Assembly: GCA_038331135.1 (NCBI GenBank)
Contig: JBBQOS010000001.1
Span: 9,140 to 73,139, forward strand
Source: Candidatus Moraniibacteriota bacterium
Lineage (GTDB): Bacteria > Patescibacteriota > Minisyncoccia > Moranbacterales > UBA9337
Reading direction: 5' to 3'
DNA length: 64,000 bases
In this document: piece by piece, positions 47,703 through 58,008 of the stretch
Numbering within the stretch: position 1 is the first letter of the stretch
How the letters are laid out: each line of letters opens with the position of its first letter
The notes under the pieces: model-generated
Told to the model about the DNA's origin: nothing
What the model saw: the letters and a program-made list of their open reading frames with translations, nothing else
Database searches by the model: none
Position numbers and translations under genes: made by a program

Positions 47703-47936
47703 ATATTGAAAAAATTAGATATCTATCTACAATTGCCAGCCTGTTTTGTTAAATACCTTCGCGAATAAAAACAACTAGCAACACTGCAAGCTTCTATCTT
47801 GCCAATCTTGCGGGTTTTACCAGGCTTCACCTGCCTACGTAACATCCAGAAGCGGTAATTTTTCTATCTAGAAAGCACACCAAACCTCATGCTGGTATCT
47901 CCCCATAACAAATGAAAAATAAATTCCTAAAAAAAT

Positions 47937-49055
47937 TTACTTCTTTTTTTTCATATAATACAATCTTTGCTTTTCTGGCAACTTTTCTAGCGAATAACGC
48001 AGCATCGTTCGAGGCATGACCAGGGCATGTTTATCCAAAAATTTTATCAATTCTGTTAAATTTCGCTTACCTATCTCTCGCAGCATCCAGCCCGTGGCCT
48101 TATGAATTAAGTCTTCCTTGTCTTGCAATAACATTTTTGCTAATTTCAAAGCATCTTTAAAATCTTTATTTTTTAAAAAATAAAAGGTAGCTAAAATGGC
48201 GATTCTTCTTTCCCATAATTTTTTTGAATTAACCAATTTATAAAGTACCGCCCTATCTCCTCCTCTTTCCCAAAGATATCTACCCACGATATTGGGCACA
48301 GTCAAGTCTACTAGGTCCCAATTATTGACTGCTTTTAAATTTTTTAGATAAAATCGATAAATTTTTTGACGTAGTTTATCATCTCCTTTTTCATATTTGT
48401 AAGTTAAGATCAAAAGTCCTATCATCCTGCAGTCGTGATATTCACTTTTTAACAATTGCTTGATGCAGCTAAAGTTAAGCATACTAAATCTTTTGGCAAT
48501 TTCTCTTTGAATCGGCATTATTAATCCTAAAAATTTATCCCCTTGTCCATATTGACCTTCACCTGTTTTAAAAAAACCAGACAAAACTACTGCTTTTTCT
48601 TTATTTCTATATTTATCTATTTCTTTAGCAATATCTTTAAATTTCATAATTTTATTTTTTAGTTTTGATGATTTGTATATTTGTGGATGATAAGATTTTA
48701 ATCTAACAATTTCTGTTTTTTCTAAGTCAAGTCTAAAAAGCTCATCTTTTAATTCATCAATAAAAAACCTCTGATCATAACCTAAGCAAATAACTGCTGG
48801 CTTATGTTTTTTTATTACTCCATATTTATTTTTTAATTCTCCCAAAATGACACTGTCGGACAAATTGCTAATTTTAATTGATTTAGCCCTATCAGTTTCT
48901 TTGTTTTGCGGAAACTCCCCTTTCACTTTTTTTACTGTTTTATCGCGTGCTACTACCACAATTAAATAATCTCCGTATTTTCGAGCTTGTTTTAAAAAAT
49001 TAACATGACCCTTGTGAAAAATATCAAAAGTTCCAAAAATCATTACTTTTTTCAT
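47937..49055 (-). CDS. fusion protein: cytidylyltransferase-like (HxGH) domain plus AlkD-like DNA alkylation repair HEAT-repeat domain
   Basis: The N-terminus is IFGTFDIFHKGHVNFLKQARKYGDYLIVVVARD. The C-terminal ~235 aa resemble the DNA alkylation repair enzyme family (NNWDLVDLTVPNIVG...HKATGWMLRE). Confidence 0.6.
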   Translation of the reverse strand: MKKVMIFGTFDIFHKGHVNFLKQARKYGDYLIVVVARDKTVKKVKGEFPQNKETDRAKSIKISNLSDSVILGELKNKYGVIKKHKPAVICLGYDQRFFIDELKDELFRLDLEKTEIVRLKSYHPQIYKSSKLKNKIMKFKDIAKEIDKYRNKEKAVVLSGFFKTGEGQYGQGDKFLGLIMPIQREIAKRFSMLNFSCIKQLLKSEYHDCRMIGLLILTYKYEKGDDKLRQKIYRFYLKNLKAVNNWDLVDLTVPNIVGRYLWERGGDRAVLYKLVNSKKLWERRIAILATFYFLKNKDFKDALKLAKMLLQDKEDLIHKATGWMLREIGKRNLTELIKFLDKHALVMPRTMLRYSLEKLPEKQRLYYMKKKK

Positions 49056-49294
49056 AATTATATTCCCTTATTCTCTCGCCAGTTTCTAAATTTATTACTC
49101 TTTTTTACTGAACCACCAAATTGTGATAGCACCTAACGACTTTGGAAATTACTTTTTCAATCAAAAGCTCCCCCACCTTTAAATCATCTTGGAGTTTCAA
49201 TCTTATTTTTCCAAAATATTAAATCTGTTTATTTAAAAATTCCCTATGAAAGCATATGACATAATAATAAATACCAAAAAGATTTGACTAATCG

Positions 49295-50887
49295 CTACCC
49301 AATCGGCAACTCTATAATAAAAGTCGAGCCTTTTTCTATGCCAGATGACTCGGCCCAAATTTTACCATGATGAGCCTGTATTATTTTTCTTCCGACATAA
49401 ATACCCAATCCAATTCCGCCAGTCGCCAATTGATTAGCGTTGCTTCCTCTAGAAAATTTCTTAAATAAATCACCTATTTCACTTTTTGATATACCCATTC
49501 CTGTATCAGAAATAGCTATCCTAATCATTCCATAATTTGTTTTTTCTAGGCTTATCTTAATAAATCCCTTAACTGTATATTTAATAGAATTGTCGATAAG
49601 ATTAGAAATAACTTCACGAATTTTCCCCGCATCCATGGTTATATTGGGAATTTTATCTTTACTTATTTCCAATTTCAATTCCAAGCCTCTATCTCGGGCT
49701 CTTATCTTAAAAGTTTCATTTAACTCTTTTACAATTTTTTCGCAAGATTGGTTTGGCTTAAAATCATATTGCATCTTTCCAGATTCAATCCTTGAAATAT
49801 TAAGAATGTCCTCCACTAATTCTATTAATCTCTCATTTGATGCAAATGCTCTCGATAGCGAATCTCTGGTTTCATTGTCTAAATTATTATTAGGATCTTC
49901 TTTGGCCAAAGCTAAATAACCCTTAATAACGGTGGGTGGAGTCCTGAGCTGATGGGCCGCGATTGATATAAATTCATTTTTAGCATCATCTAATTTTTTT
50001 AACTTCTTATTACTAATTTCCAACTTTTTGCCCATCTTTTCCAATTTTTCCTTTTGAGAAACATCCTGCTTATAATTTTTAATTAGTAAATTTGCAAATA
50101 TTAACAAAAACAAAAGCATTACTATTCGATAAACAATCTCAAAAAAACTATCTAAAAAAAATATCTCAGCTATACTAACCGTCAAAATTAAACCGATTAA
50201 CGCTTGCGCAAAAAATATCTTCACATTTATTAAATTCTTTTTAATTGCCACATACACAAAAAGAAAAACAGTTAAAAATATTGACACTATTCCACTATAA
50301 AGATAATGTTCTATGCCGTAAAAAACAGGCAGACTAAAAAACCCCAAAATAGCAATTAAAAATGAGCCCAGTAATATATTTCTATTGATTAGCTTAGTCT
50401 CTATATCTTTATTTTTGAGAGTAGCATTAAATAATTCTGCGATTGTTAACAGGTAAAATCCTATATATACAAAAATTAAATATCCCACAAATGCTAGCCC
50501 ACTTAACGAAATTGGACTAAATATTTCCAGGTTACCTTCTCTCAAATTATACAGATAAAATAACCCAAAAATAAAAGACGCCAGGTAGCCTAATGATACA
50601 ATTAATTTTCTTTTTTTATTTAATAAGACAGTTATCCAGCAATAATAAGTAACTGGGCTAAGTATCAAGCCTAGATTAAAGATACCAAAGAAAATATCTA
50701 AAAAACTTCGCGATTCGGATATGAGCCAAAAATAATAACCGAAGCTCCACCAGCCCAAAAGAAATAAGACCATTACAGAGATAACATTAACTTTTTTTAC
50801 TTCTTCAAATAAAAAAGCTACAATCAAAACCACAGTAAAAATACCTCCTGCAAAATAAAGTGCTGCCAATAAATTACTTAATTCCAT
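49295..50887 (-). CDS. polytopic membrane sensor histidine kinase
   Basis: It has about 8 N-terminal TM segments, H-box AAHQLRTPPTVI and an ATP-binding region GIGLGIYVGRKIIQAHHG. Confidence 0.85.
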   Translation of the reverse strand: MELSNLLAALYFAGGIFTVVLIVAFLFEEVKKVNVISVMVLFLLGWWSFGYYFWLISESRSFLDIFFGIFNLGLILSPVTYYCWITVLLNKKRKLIVSLGYLASFIFGLFYLYNLREGNLEIFSPISLSGLAFVGYLIFVYIGFYLLTIAELFNATLKNKDIETKLINRNILLGSFLIAILGFFSLPVFYGIEHYLYSGIVSIFLTVFLFVYVAIKKNLINVKIFFAQALIGLILTVSIAEIFFLDSFFEIVYRIVMLLFLLIFANLLIKNYKQDVSQKEKLEKMGKKLEISNKKLKKLDDAKNEFISIAAHQLRTPPTVIKGYLALAKEDPNNNLDNETRDSLSRAFASNERLIELVEDILNISRIESGKMQYDFKPNQSCEKIVKELNETFKIRARDRGLELKLEISKDKIPNITMDAGKIREVISNLIDNSIKYTVKGFIKISLEKTNYGMIRIAISDTGMGISKSEIGDLFKKFSRGSNANQLATGGIGLGIYVGRKIIQAHHGKIWAESSGIEKGSTFIIELPIG

Positions 50888-50970
50888 AAAATAAGATTAA
50901 TAAAAAGTATTTTAATTATACCAAAGATAGCCCAAAATTCAAAACTTATTTTTAAATATTATATCTGAGA

Positions 50971-51285
50971 TTATTTAAATTTTTTTGAAATATCTATAAC
51001 TACACTAAAATCATCTTTATCATTAATGCCATTATATCTCTGGAAATCACACTTTTTACATCTGTGCAATATAAAATATCTTCCACCTTTTCTCAATTCT
51101 AATCCCACTGGACTCATTAATCCTCCACATTTCTCCATTCTATCGCCGGGATTTATATCCACATGCTTGCTCCAAAGACATTTTTGACAATGATTAGTAT
51201 ACCCATCGCCACCAACCTCAAAACCGCAATTTTCACAAATAAAATCTTCTTTTTTCTTTTGAAATTTTTTAGTTAACATCGACAT
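50971..51285 (-). CDS. RNHCP-domain zinc-ribbon protein
   Basis: CENCGFEV...TNHCQKCLWSKHVD...CGGLM...CKKCD matches the RNHCP family pattern. Confidence 0.6.
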   Translation of the reverse strand: MSMLTKKFQKKKEDFICENCGFEVGGDGYTNHCQKCLWSKHVDINPGDRMEKCGGLMSPVGLELRKGGRYFILHRCKKCDFQRYNGINDKDDFSVVIDISKKFK

Positions 51286-51290
51286 TGTTG

Positions 51291-51740
51291 CTATTTCTTA
51301 AGCTTATCACCTACTTGGATCTCGCATCGACTTGCATCATTAGCGTTTAATTCTAAAACTTTATCTGATTTTTCGTTAGAATCATAAACGTTCTTAGATT
51401 GATGATTAACATTTTGAATAATATCGACAACTTTATTATCGCGCAACCAAATTATATCTATCGGAAAGCGCATATCTTTCATCCAAAAAAAATAATCACC
51501 CTCTTTGTCAAATACAAATAGCATTCCACAGTCATTGCAAAGAGTGTCTCGACCGGCGAGACCTTTTTTTCTATCATCTTCACCACTAACTGCCTCTATA
51601 TTAAAAACGCAATTTCCAAGAGAAGCTCGCCTCCCATTACTATCATAAATACTGTTTTTATTTTTCAGGTATAAAAATATTCCTAATGCCAAAAGAACCG
51701 CCAATAAAATCAACATAGCCAAAATTTTATTTTTTTTCAT
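51291..51740 (-). CDS. DUF192-family protein with signal anchor
   Basis: GMLFVFDKEGDYFFWMKDMRFPIDIIWL is typical of DUF192/COG1430. Confidence 0.6.
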   Translation of the reverse strand: MKKNKILAMLILLAVLLALGIFLYLKNKNSIYDSNGRRASLGNCVFNIEAVSGEDDRKKGLAGRDTLCNDCGMLFVFDKEGDYFFWMKDMRFPIDIIWLRDNKVVDIIQNVNHQSKNVYDSNEKSDKVLELNANDASRCEIQVGDKLKK

Positions 51741-52779
51741 ATATTTTTTTTGATATCAATTTTTCTTTTTTATTAATAAATCCATAAAAAAACAGCATTA
51801 AAAATAGCAAACAAAACATTATCAATACCTTTTCTAAACCTTTAGCGTTTAACGCCACAATCGCCACCAAGATAGTAACTGAATAAAAAAATATATTTAT
51901 CTGCCAATACGACCAACCTATTTTCATTAATTTATAGTGCAAGTGCTCTTGATCGGCAGCAAATATCGATTTTCTATCCAATAATCTTTTTAAAATCACC
52001 CAAAAAAAATCGATTAACGGAATAAATAGAATTAATAAAGTAGTGGCTATTTTTGTTCCGGCAAAAATAGATAATCCCGCCACAATAAATCCCACAAAAA
52101 AAATTCCACTACTCCCTACTATTATTTTAGCGGGTGGAAAATTAAATGTCAAAAATCCCAAAATCGATCCACTTAAAGCCATGGCAAGTATTCCAACGGG
52201 CGGTTGATTTACCTCAGGCTTTAAGGATAACAGAAATATGGCCAATACTCCAACCAAATAAACCCCCATACTTAATCCATCCATTCCATCCAGCCAGTTC
52301 ATGGAATTTATTAAAATTATGGACCAAATACTTGCCAGCAGAATTACTATTAAAATTTTTAACGCATTATCAAGTAAGATAACATCGCCTAATGGATTTG
52401 ATATAGAATATATCTTAACTCCGCAAATAAAAATCAAAACTACGGACAGTGTTTGAAAGAATAGTTGTTTTTTCCAGCTGACTTCTTTAAGATCATCCCA
52501 AAATCCCACTGCAAAAATTATCAAGCTACCCAATAAGATACCTCCAATATCCTGAGTTATCACCAAATTTTTATCCAATAAAATAACACTCAAAAAAGAA
52601 ACTGCAATGGCAATTCCTCCCCACCGAGATATGTTTTTGCTATGAATATGACGGTTTTCTTTCCTATTTTTTTCTCTACCTAAAAAAAATTTACCTGTAA
52701 TATATTTGATAACAAAAATTAAAACTACGCTTGTGCTAAAAGCGAAAATAAAAGGAAATAAATATAGATTTAAATTCAT
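51727..52779 (-). CDS. polyprenyl-phosphate N-acetylhexosamine-1-phosphate transferase (MraY/WecA family)
   Basis: It has ~10 TM segments, NSMNWLDGMDGL and FWDDLKE motifs. Confidence 0.75.
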   Translation of the reverse strand: MNLNLYLFPFIFAFSTSVVLIFVIKYITGKFFLGREKNRKENRHIHSKNISRWGGIAIAVSFLSVILLDKNLVITQDIGGILLGSLIIFAVGFWDDLKEVSWKKQLFFQTLSVVLIFICGVKIYSISNPLGDVILLDNALKILIVILLASIWSIILINSMNWLDGMDGLSMGVYLVGVLAIFLLSLKPEVNQPPVGILAMALSGSILGFLTFNFPPAKIIVGSSGIFFVGFIVAGLSIFAGTKIATTLLILFIPLIDFFWVILKRLLDRKSIFAADQEHLHYKLMKIGWSYWQINIFFYSVTILVAIVALNAKGLEKVLIMFCLLFLMLFFYGFINKKEKLISKKIYEKK

Positions 52780-52852
52780 ACTAGCAAATTAACACATCAA
52801 CATTAAAACAAAATAACAATTTAGCAATCCAACTTCTTAACTAATCAACTGC

Positions 52853-53968
52853 TCAACTATTTAGCGCCTTAAACTTATCGTATTCTTCTTTAATATATTT
52901 TTTAATCTTTTCTTTAAAAATGTTTTTATTAAATTTTAATGCTTTGGATCTTATATAGTCACCGTCAAATTCCAGCTTTAAAAATTCATTAACCGCTTTG
53001 ATTACTGAAGTGGCTGTTTGCTTTTCAATAAAAATTCCCGTCTTGCCTTCTTCCAAGTTTTCTACTATATCTCCACCTCGATAAGCAATTAACGGACGTC
53101 CGGCAGCCATCGCTTCAATAGCCACAATCCCAAAATCCTCTTCTTGCGGAAAAACGAAAGCTCTACAATTGGCATAATATTTAGGAAGATGCACGTCATC
53201 CACTCGTCCCAAAAATTCTATATTATCCTTGGCAATTTTTTTCATTTTTTTTAGTTCCGGACCTCGACCAATAATTTTAAGTGGCAACCCCAATTCATTA
53301 AAAGCTTCAATTACAATATCGTGTCTTTTGTATGTTATTAATCTACCTACGATTAAAAAATAATCCTCCCTCTTAGCGGCGCCTTTTTCTATATAAAAAT
53401 TTTCCACATTTACTGGGGGATTAATTACTATGGAATCTTTTTTATAATATTTTTTTATCCGCTTGGCGACAAAATTGGAATTAGCAATAAAATTATCCAC
53501 ACGAGTAGCGCTGACTGAATCCCAAATTCTAATGTAATTCATAAAAAATGGAACCATTTTTTTTATAAAAGATGGCAAACCAAAATCATCTGTATATTTC
53601 TGACAATCATCCCAAGCATAACGCATCGGAGTATGCATATAACAAATATGCAAAGTGTCGGGTGAAGTAATAATACCTTTGGCGTAGCTAGAAGAATCAG
53701 AAAGAACAATATCGTAAGACGAGAAATCAAATTGCTCGATTGCACTCGTCATCAAAAGCGGAAAAATCCTATGCCTTTTTCGAGCCAAGGGAAAATGTTG
53801 CAAAAAAGAAGTGTGAATTTTTTTGTCCGCAAAAACACCATGCATTAATTTTTTATCATACATAATAGTATAGATATGTGCCTCGGGAAAAATTTCTGTA
53901 AAACACTCAAGAACTCTTTCCGCTCCCCCGCATTGGACTAAATAATCATGGACTAAAGCAATCTTCAT
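52853..53968 (-). CDS. glycosyltransferase family 4
   Basis: It is a GT-B with EDFGIVAIEAMAAGRPLIA. Confidence 0.8.
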   Translation of the reverse strand: MKIALVHDYLVQCGGAERVLECFTEIFPEAHIYTIMYDKKLMHGVFADKKIHTSFLQHFPLARKRHRIFPLLMTSAIEQFDFSSYDIVLSDSSSYAKGIITSPDTLHICYMHTPMRYAWDDCQKYTDDFGLPSFIKKMVPFFMNYIRIWDSVSATRVDNFIANSNFVAKRIKKYYKKDSIVINPPVNVENFYIEKGAAKREDYFLIVGRLITYKRHDIVIEAFNELGLPLKIIGRGPELKKMKKIAKDNIEFLGRVDDVHLPKYYANCRAFVFPQEEDFGIVAIEAMAAGRPLIAYRGGDIVENLEEGKTGIFIEKQTATSVIKAVNEFLKLEFDGDYIRSKALKFNKNIFKEKIKKYIKEEYDKFKALNS

Positions 53969-54134
53969 AAAGCATTCACTTTAACATATTAACATTTTAG
54001 CAAGACAATTTCGTAATTTGCACAAATTTTTCAATTATGTCATCTCGACCTTATGGAGAGATCTAAATAAGCGAATAAATTTAAAACACTAAACAATATA
54101 TCATTAAAACAATTAAACCAAATTTCCTATCATA

Positions 54135-55094
54135 TTATTTGTAAATTTGTACCAGATTCGTACTTTTGTAGTGGGTCAAATAAACATTTTCCAAAAGACA
54201 CGCCACTGTCACTGGTCCCACTCCTCCTGGAACTGGAGAGATAAATGCATTAGTATTTTCAAATGATTTAGTGTCGACATCCCCCACGGTTTTTCCATCA
54301 ACTTTATTTATCCCACCATCAATTATAATTACATCATCCTTGATCATACTGCTATTTAATAAGTTGGGTACTCCACAGGCCACTACAACGATATCAGCTT
54401 CTCTTAAAATATTTTTATTTTCATCAATTTTATCAGCCATAAAATACTGGGATTTTATTTTTATTTTTCGAAAATATTCTTGCATCACTAGTCCGAAATC
54501 ATCTGATTTACAAATAATTATCGCTTTACTACATTTAAATAATTTCGATCCATTAAATTTACGAACGACAGTCTCCTCTCCATCTTTGTACTCAAGGGGG
54601 GAGATGTTCAGCAAGACAGAGGGGGTTTCATTTTCTATTTCCAAATCCATCAATACGCTTTCCACCATTTTAATAATCGCCTTGGGAAAAACAGGAAAAA
54701 GAGTTGCTTGATTTTTTGAAAAACACTTTTGATTCTCATCACAAAAACCATCCACATCTTTTTTAGGCGAAATAGCATTAATAATTTTATTCTTATCTAA
54801 ACCATCAGGCAGTGGCAGTTGCACAATCACTCCGTCAATATTGTTATCATCATTTATTTCTTTTATTTTTTCCAGAATAATTTCCTCTTTTACATTTGCG
54901 TCATATTTGTAAAGAAAGAAATTAAAGCCAATTTTTTTGGCTGCTTTTTCTTTTAAGCCCACATAAATTTTAGAGGCCTCGTCTTTTCCTATTAGAATAA
55001 CCGCCAAAGTCGGTTTGGTTTCTCTATCTTCTATATGGCTTTTAATATTGGTTAAAATATCGTCAGCTATTTTTCTACCTTCGATCAACTGCAT
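54135..55094 (-). CDS. folD: bifunctional methylene-THF dehydrogenase/methenyl-THF cyclohydrolase with ~30-aa internal insertion
   Basis: It has LAVILIGKDEASKIYV, DGVIVQLPLP, KDVDGF and PVPGGVGPVTVACLLEN. The insert is LEIENETPSVLLNISPLEYKDGEETVVRKFNGS. Confidence 0.8.
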   Translation of the reverse strand: MQLIEGRKIADDILTNIKSHIEDRETKPTLAVILIGKDEASKIYVGLKEKAAKKIGFNFFLYKYDANVKEEIILEKIKEINDDNNIDGVIVQLPLPDGLDKNKIINAISPKKDVDGFCDENQKCFSKNQATLFPVFPKAIIKMVESVLMDLEIENETPSVLLNISPLEYKDGEETVVRKFNGSKLFKCSKAIIICKSDDFGLVMQEYFRKIKIKSQYFMADKIDENKNILREADIVVVACGVPNLLNSSMIKDDVIIIDGGINKVDGKTVGDVDTKSFENTNAFISPVPGGVGPVTVACLLENVYLTHYKSTNLVQIYK

Positions 55095-55152
55095 AAATCA
55101 AGCACCTTCTCCACATTGTACCCAAGGGGGAGATTGAGAGGGGATTATTCTT

Positions 55153-55161
55153 ATTATACCA
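55153..55161 (-). promoter_or_regulatory. candidate extended -10 promoter for folD
   Basis: The minus strand reads TGgTATAAT, 58 nt upstream of the folD ATG. Confidence 0.4.
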
Positions 55162-55852
55162 ACATTTTCCCTCCCTGTCTTTGCCTGCCCGCTTCACTGA
55201 GGCGAGCCCCGTCAAACAATATTTGATTAGGGGTGGTATTCAAAGGAAAGATTAAGAGAGATTATTTCTATAATTTCAATATTTCAATATTAACACAAAC
55301 CCTAAAATACCGCTATTGACTTTTTGCCTAAAATGTGCCATCACTTAAAGTCAGCTAAGGATATTTATTTCAACGCCTGCTACGCTAAGTACAAACTCAA
55401 CCCAGGAGACTTGCTATGTCAAGAATACTAACATCATAAAAAAATTAAGCACTTTTTTGCATAAAAAAATCACGTTAAGTGTGATTTTATATTTGAAGTA
55501 AGATTTAAAGAATTAACATTTTTGATGCAATTTTAAATTTTTATATTTATCAACAAGATTTTTCTGATCATTTGCTGATTACCTGGTAGCTTTCAAAATT
55601 GCCTTTTTCTGCTCTCTTGAGTTAATAAGCTCTTTCAAAATTATACGCTTGGCCTCTTCTTTCTTATTTTTTGTAAATATATTTTCCATATAATTAATTC
55701 GATATAGAGCATCTTCATCTTATTGTTTTTTAGCAACCTAGCCACTAAATTAAAAATAATTGTCATTTTAGACGCACGTGCTATATTTTGACAACTTTTA
55801 TTTTAAAAGCTTATCTTTTTTATATTTTCCTCGATACCCGATTTTTAATTTC

Positions 55853-56713
55853 TTATAACGTAAAAGCACCACTCCTTTTATTGCCGTCCGCAAAAGGATG
55901 GTTTTTTACCATGAAATATAAAAGATGAGTCGCTTTTTCCTCAACACTCGGATAAAGATCCTTTCCCCCAAAGGATTGCATCACATTTCCGACAATTCCC
56001 GCTGTAGCTTCCCTACTTCTTTCTTTTGCAAAAAGTTCTGTAGCCTGTTTTCCGATAATCAATTTTTTCTTGAGTTCCAAAATAGCTAACATTAACTCGT
56101 CTGCTGTAAAAACGACTTGTTTTTTTGTGGCTCCAGTCCCAGGTAATCTATCACTATCATATGCGTCCAACGAAAACCAAGTGTCTGCAAAAGCATTCAC
56201 TAATTCCAAAATGTCTTGGGCTTTTATCTTATTACCTTTTGGTAAAAGAGCTTTCACATCAGAAACTGCTTGCAAGAATTTTTCATAATTTTGGGCAACA
56301 CGATTTCTGTTTATAGTATATCCACTAATTATATGCTGTTTAAGTATTTTATTGGCCCATTTCCTAAAATCTATTGCTTTTTTAGAGCTTGTCCTATATC
56401 CCACAGATAAAACCACATCTAATGAATAAAAAGCTACGGGCTTATCAGAATTTGCAATATGCATTTTTTGCATATTGCTTCTCTCATCTATTTCCTTGTC
56501 CTTAAAAATGCTTCTTACATGCCTTGAAATAACTGACTGATCTTTTTCATATAACTTAACGATTTGAGCCTGATTTAATCAGACACTTTCATTTTCAAAA
56601 TAAACATTCAAATCAACCTCTTTTCCAGCGGTTTTATAAATCACGATTGATCCCCTATTCTTTTTTTTCTTGCCCGCCTTAGCCTTGGCGGCGGCGAGTT
56701 CCTTCTTTTTCAT
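55853..56713 (-). pseudogene. RhuM-N-terminal / Doc (Fic-fold) family gene, disrupted
   Basis: ATG 56713 opens MKKKELAAAKAKAGKKKKNRGSIVIYKTAGKEVDLNVYFENESV, followed by an in-frame TGA (56581..56579). It continues LNQAQIVKLYEKDQSVISRHV... into track ORF 55853..56473, which carries HPFADGNKRSGA. The C-terminus is truncated, with out-of-frame remnants down to ~55570. Confidence 0.65.
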
Positions 56714-56889
56714 TTTATTTTTTATTAATAGACTACACCGCTATTATACCATCACTATAATTACTATCAACAGATATCAAACCCAAATGATTTTTTACTT
56801 CTTACGAAGGGTATCTTAAAAGGTACCTTTGGGGGTACCTTTTAATTATATAACGTTTTAAATATAAAACAAATTTAATTTATATTAAA

Positions 56890-57930
56890 TTATTCTTTAA
56901 TTTCTGTAGCGGCCGCTTTCAATACTTCCTTGGCAATTACATCAAATAATTTTTGGTTTTCTTTAAGATAAGCCTTGGCTTTTTCTCGACCAGTGCCCAG
57001 TTTTTCTTCACCATAAGCGTAAGAATTACCAGCCTTTTTAATCACCTCTAACTTAACACCTGTGTCCAATAAATCTCCACTGCGAGAAATTCCTTCGTTG
57101 TACATAATATCAAACTCGGAAGTTTGAAAAGGCGGAGCAACTTTATTTTTTACCACTTTAACTTTTACTCTATTTCCCACTACTTGCTCGCCTGATTTAA
57201 TTTGAGCACTTCGTCGCACATCTATTCGCACTGAAGAATAAAATTTTAATGCTTGTCCTCCACTAGTAGTTTCGGGATTGCCAAACATCACGCCGATTTT
57301 CATTCTTATCTGGTTAATGAAAATAACGACCGTGTTAGATTTGCCCATTATAGGAGTCAACTTACGCAAAGCTTGTGACATCAACCTAGCTTGACGACCG
57401 ACATGATGATCCCCCATCTCGCCTTCAATCTCAGCTCGTGGCACCAAAGCTGCTACGGAGTCAACAACGATTAAATCGATAGCGTTACTCCGAACCAGTG
57501 TTTCTACAATATCCAATGCCTGCTCTCCTGAGTCTGGTTGAGAAATTAACAATTCATTAATATTCACTCCAATTTTTTTGGCGTAAGACGGATCCATAGC
57601 ATGTTCAGCATCCACAAAAGCCACAGCTCCTCCCGCTTTTTGCGCATTGGCCGCAATATGCAAAGAGAGAGTTGTTTTACCCGATGACTCTGGTCCATAT
57701 ATCTCAATAATACGTCCTCGAGGAACGCCACCGATACCTAAGGCAATATCCAAAGATATCGATCCGGTAGGAATAGAAGCTACATCCACCCTTTTTACAT
57801 CACCTAATTTCATTATCATCCCATCCCCAAATTTTTGTCTTATTTCATCTACGACACCATCTAACTTTTTTTCCATTGATTCTGTATTGGTAGGTTTTAG
57901 TTCTTTGAGCGGTTTATTTTTTGTTGCCAT
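56890..57930 (-). CDS. recA: recombinase RecA
   Basis: It has [18 protein letters not shown] and the L2 loop region. Confidence 0.95.
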   Translation of the reverse strand: MATKNKPLKELKPTNTESMEKKLDGVVDEIRQKFGDGMIMKLGDVKRVDVASIPTGSISLDIALGIGGVPRGRIIEIYGPESSGKTTLSLHIAANAQKAGGAVAFVDAEHAMDPSYAKKIGVNINELLISQPDSGEQALDIVETLVRSNAIDLIVVDSVAALVPRAEIEGEMGDHHVGRQARLMSQALRKLTPIMGKSNTVVIFINQIRMKIGVMFGNPETTSGGQALKFYSSVRIDVRRSAQIKSGEQVVGNRVKVKVVKNKVAPPFQTSEFDIMYNEGISRSGDLLDTGVKLEVIKKAGNSYAYGEEKLGTGREKAKAYLKENQKLFDVIAKEVLKAAATEIKE

Positions 57931-58008
57931 AAGCTTTACACATTAACATATTAGCATTTTAACATTTAAACAATAAAGGCTATATGTAATTTTTATATAA
58001 ATTAATTA

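Noticed and set aside
56579-56581. UGA reassignment (code 4 or 25) as the explanation for the in-frame TGA
   Set aside because: RF2 with its UGA-dependent frameshift site is intact at 8596-8602. All other conserved genes in the window end or read normally under code 11. A pseudogene is the parsimonious reading.
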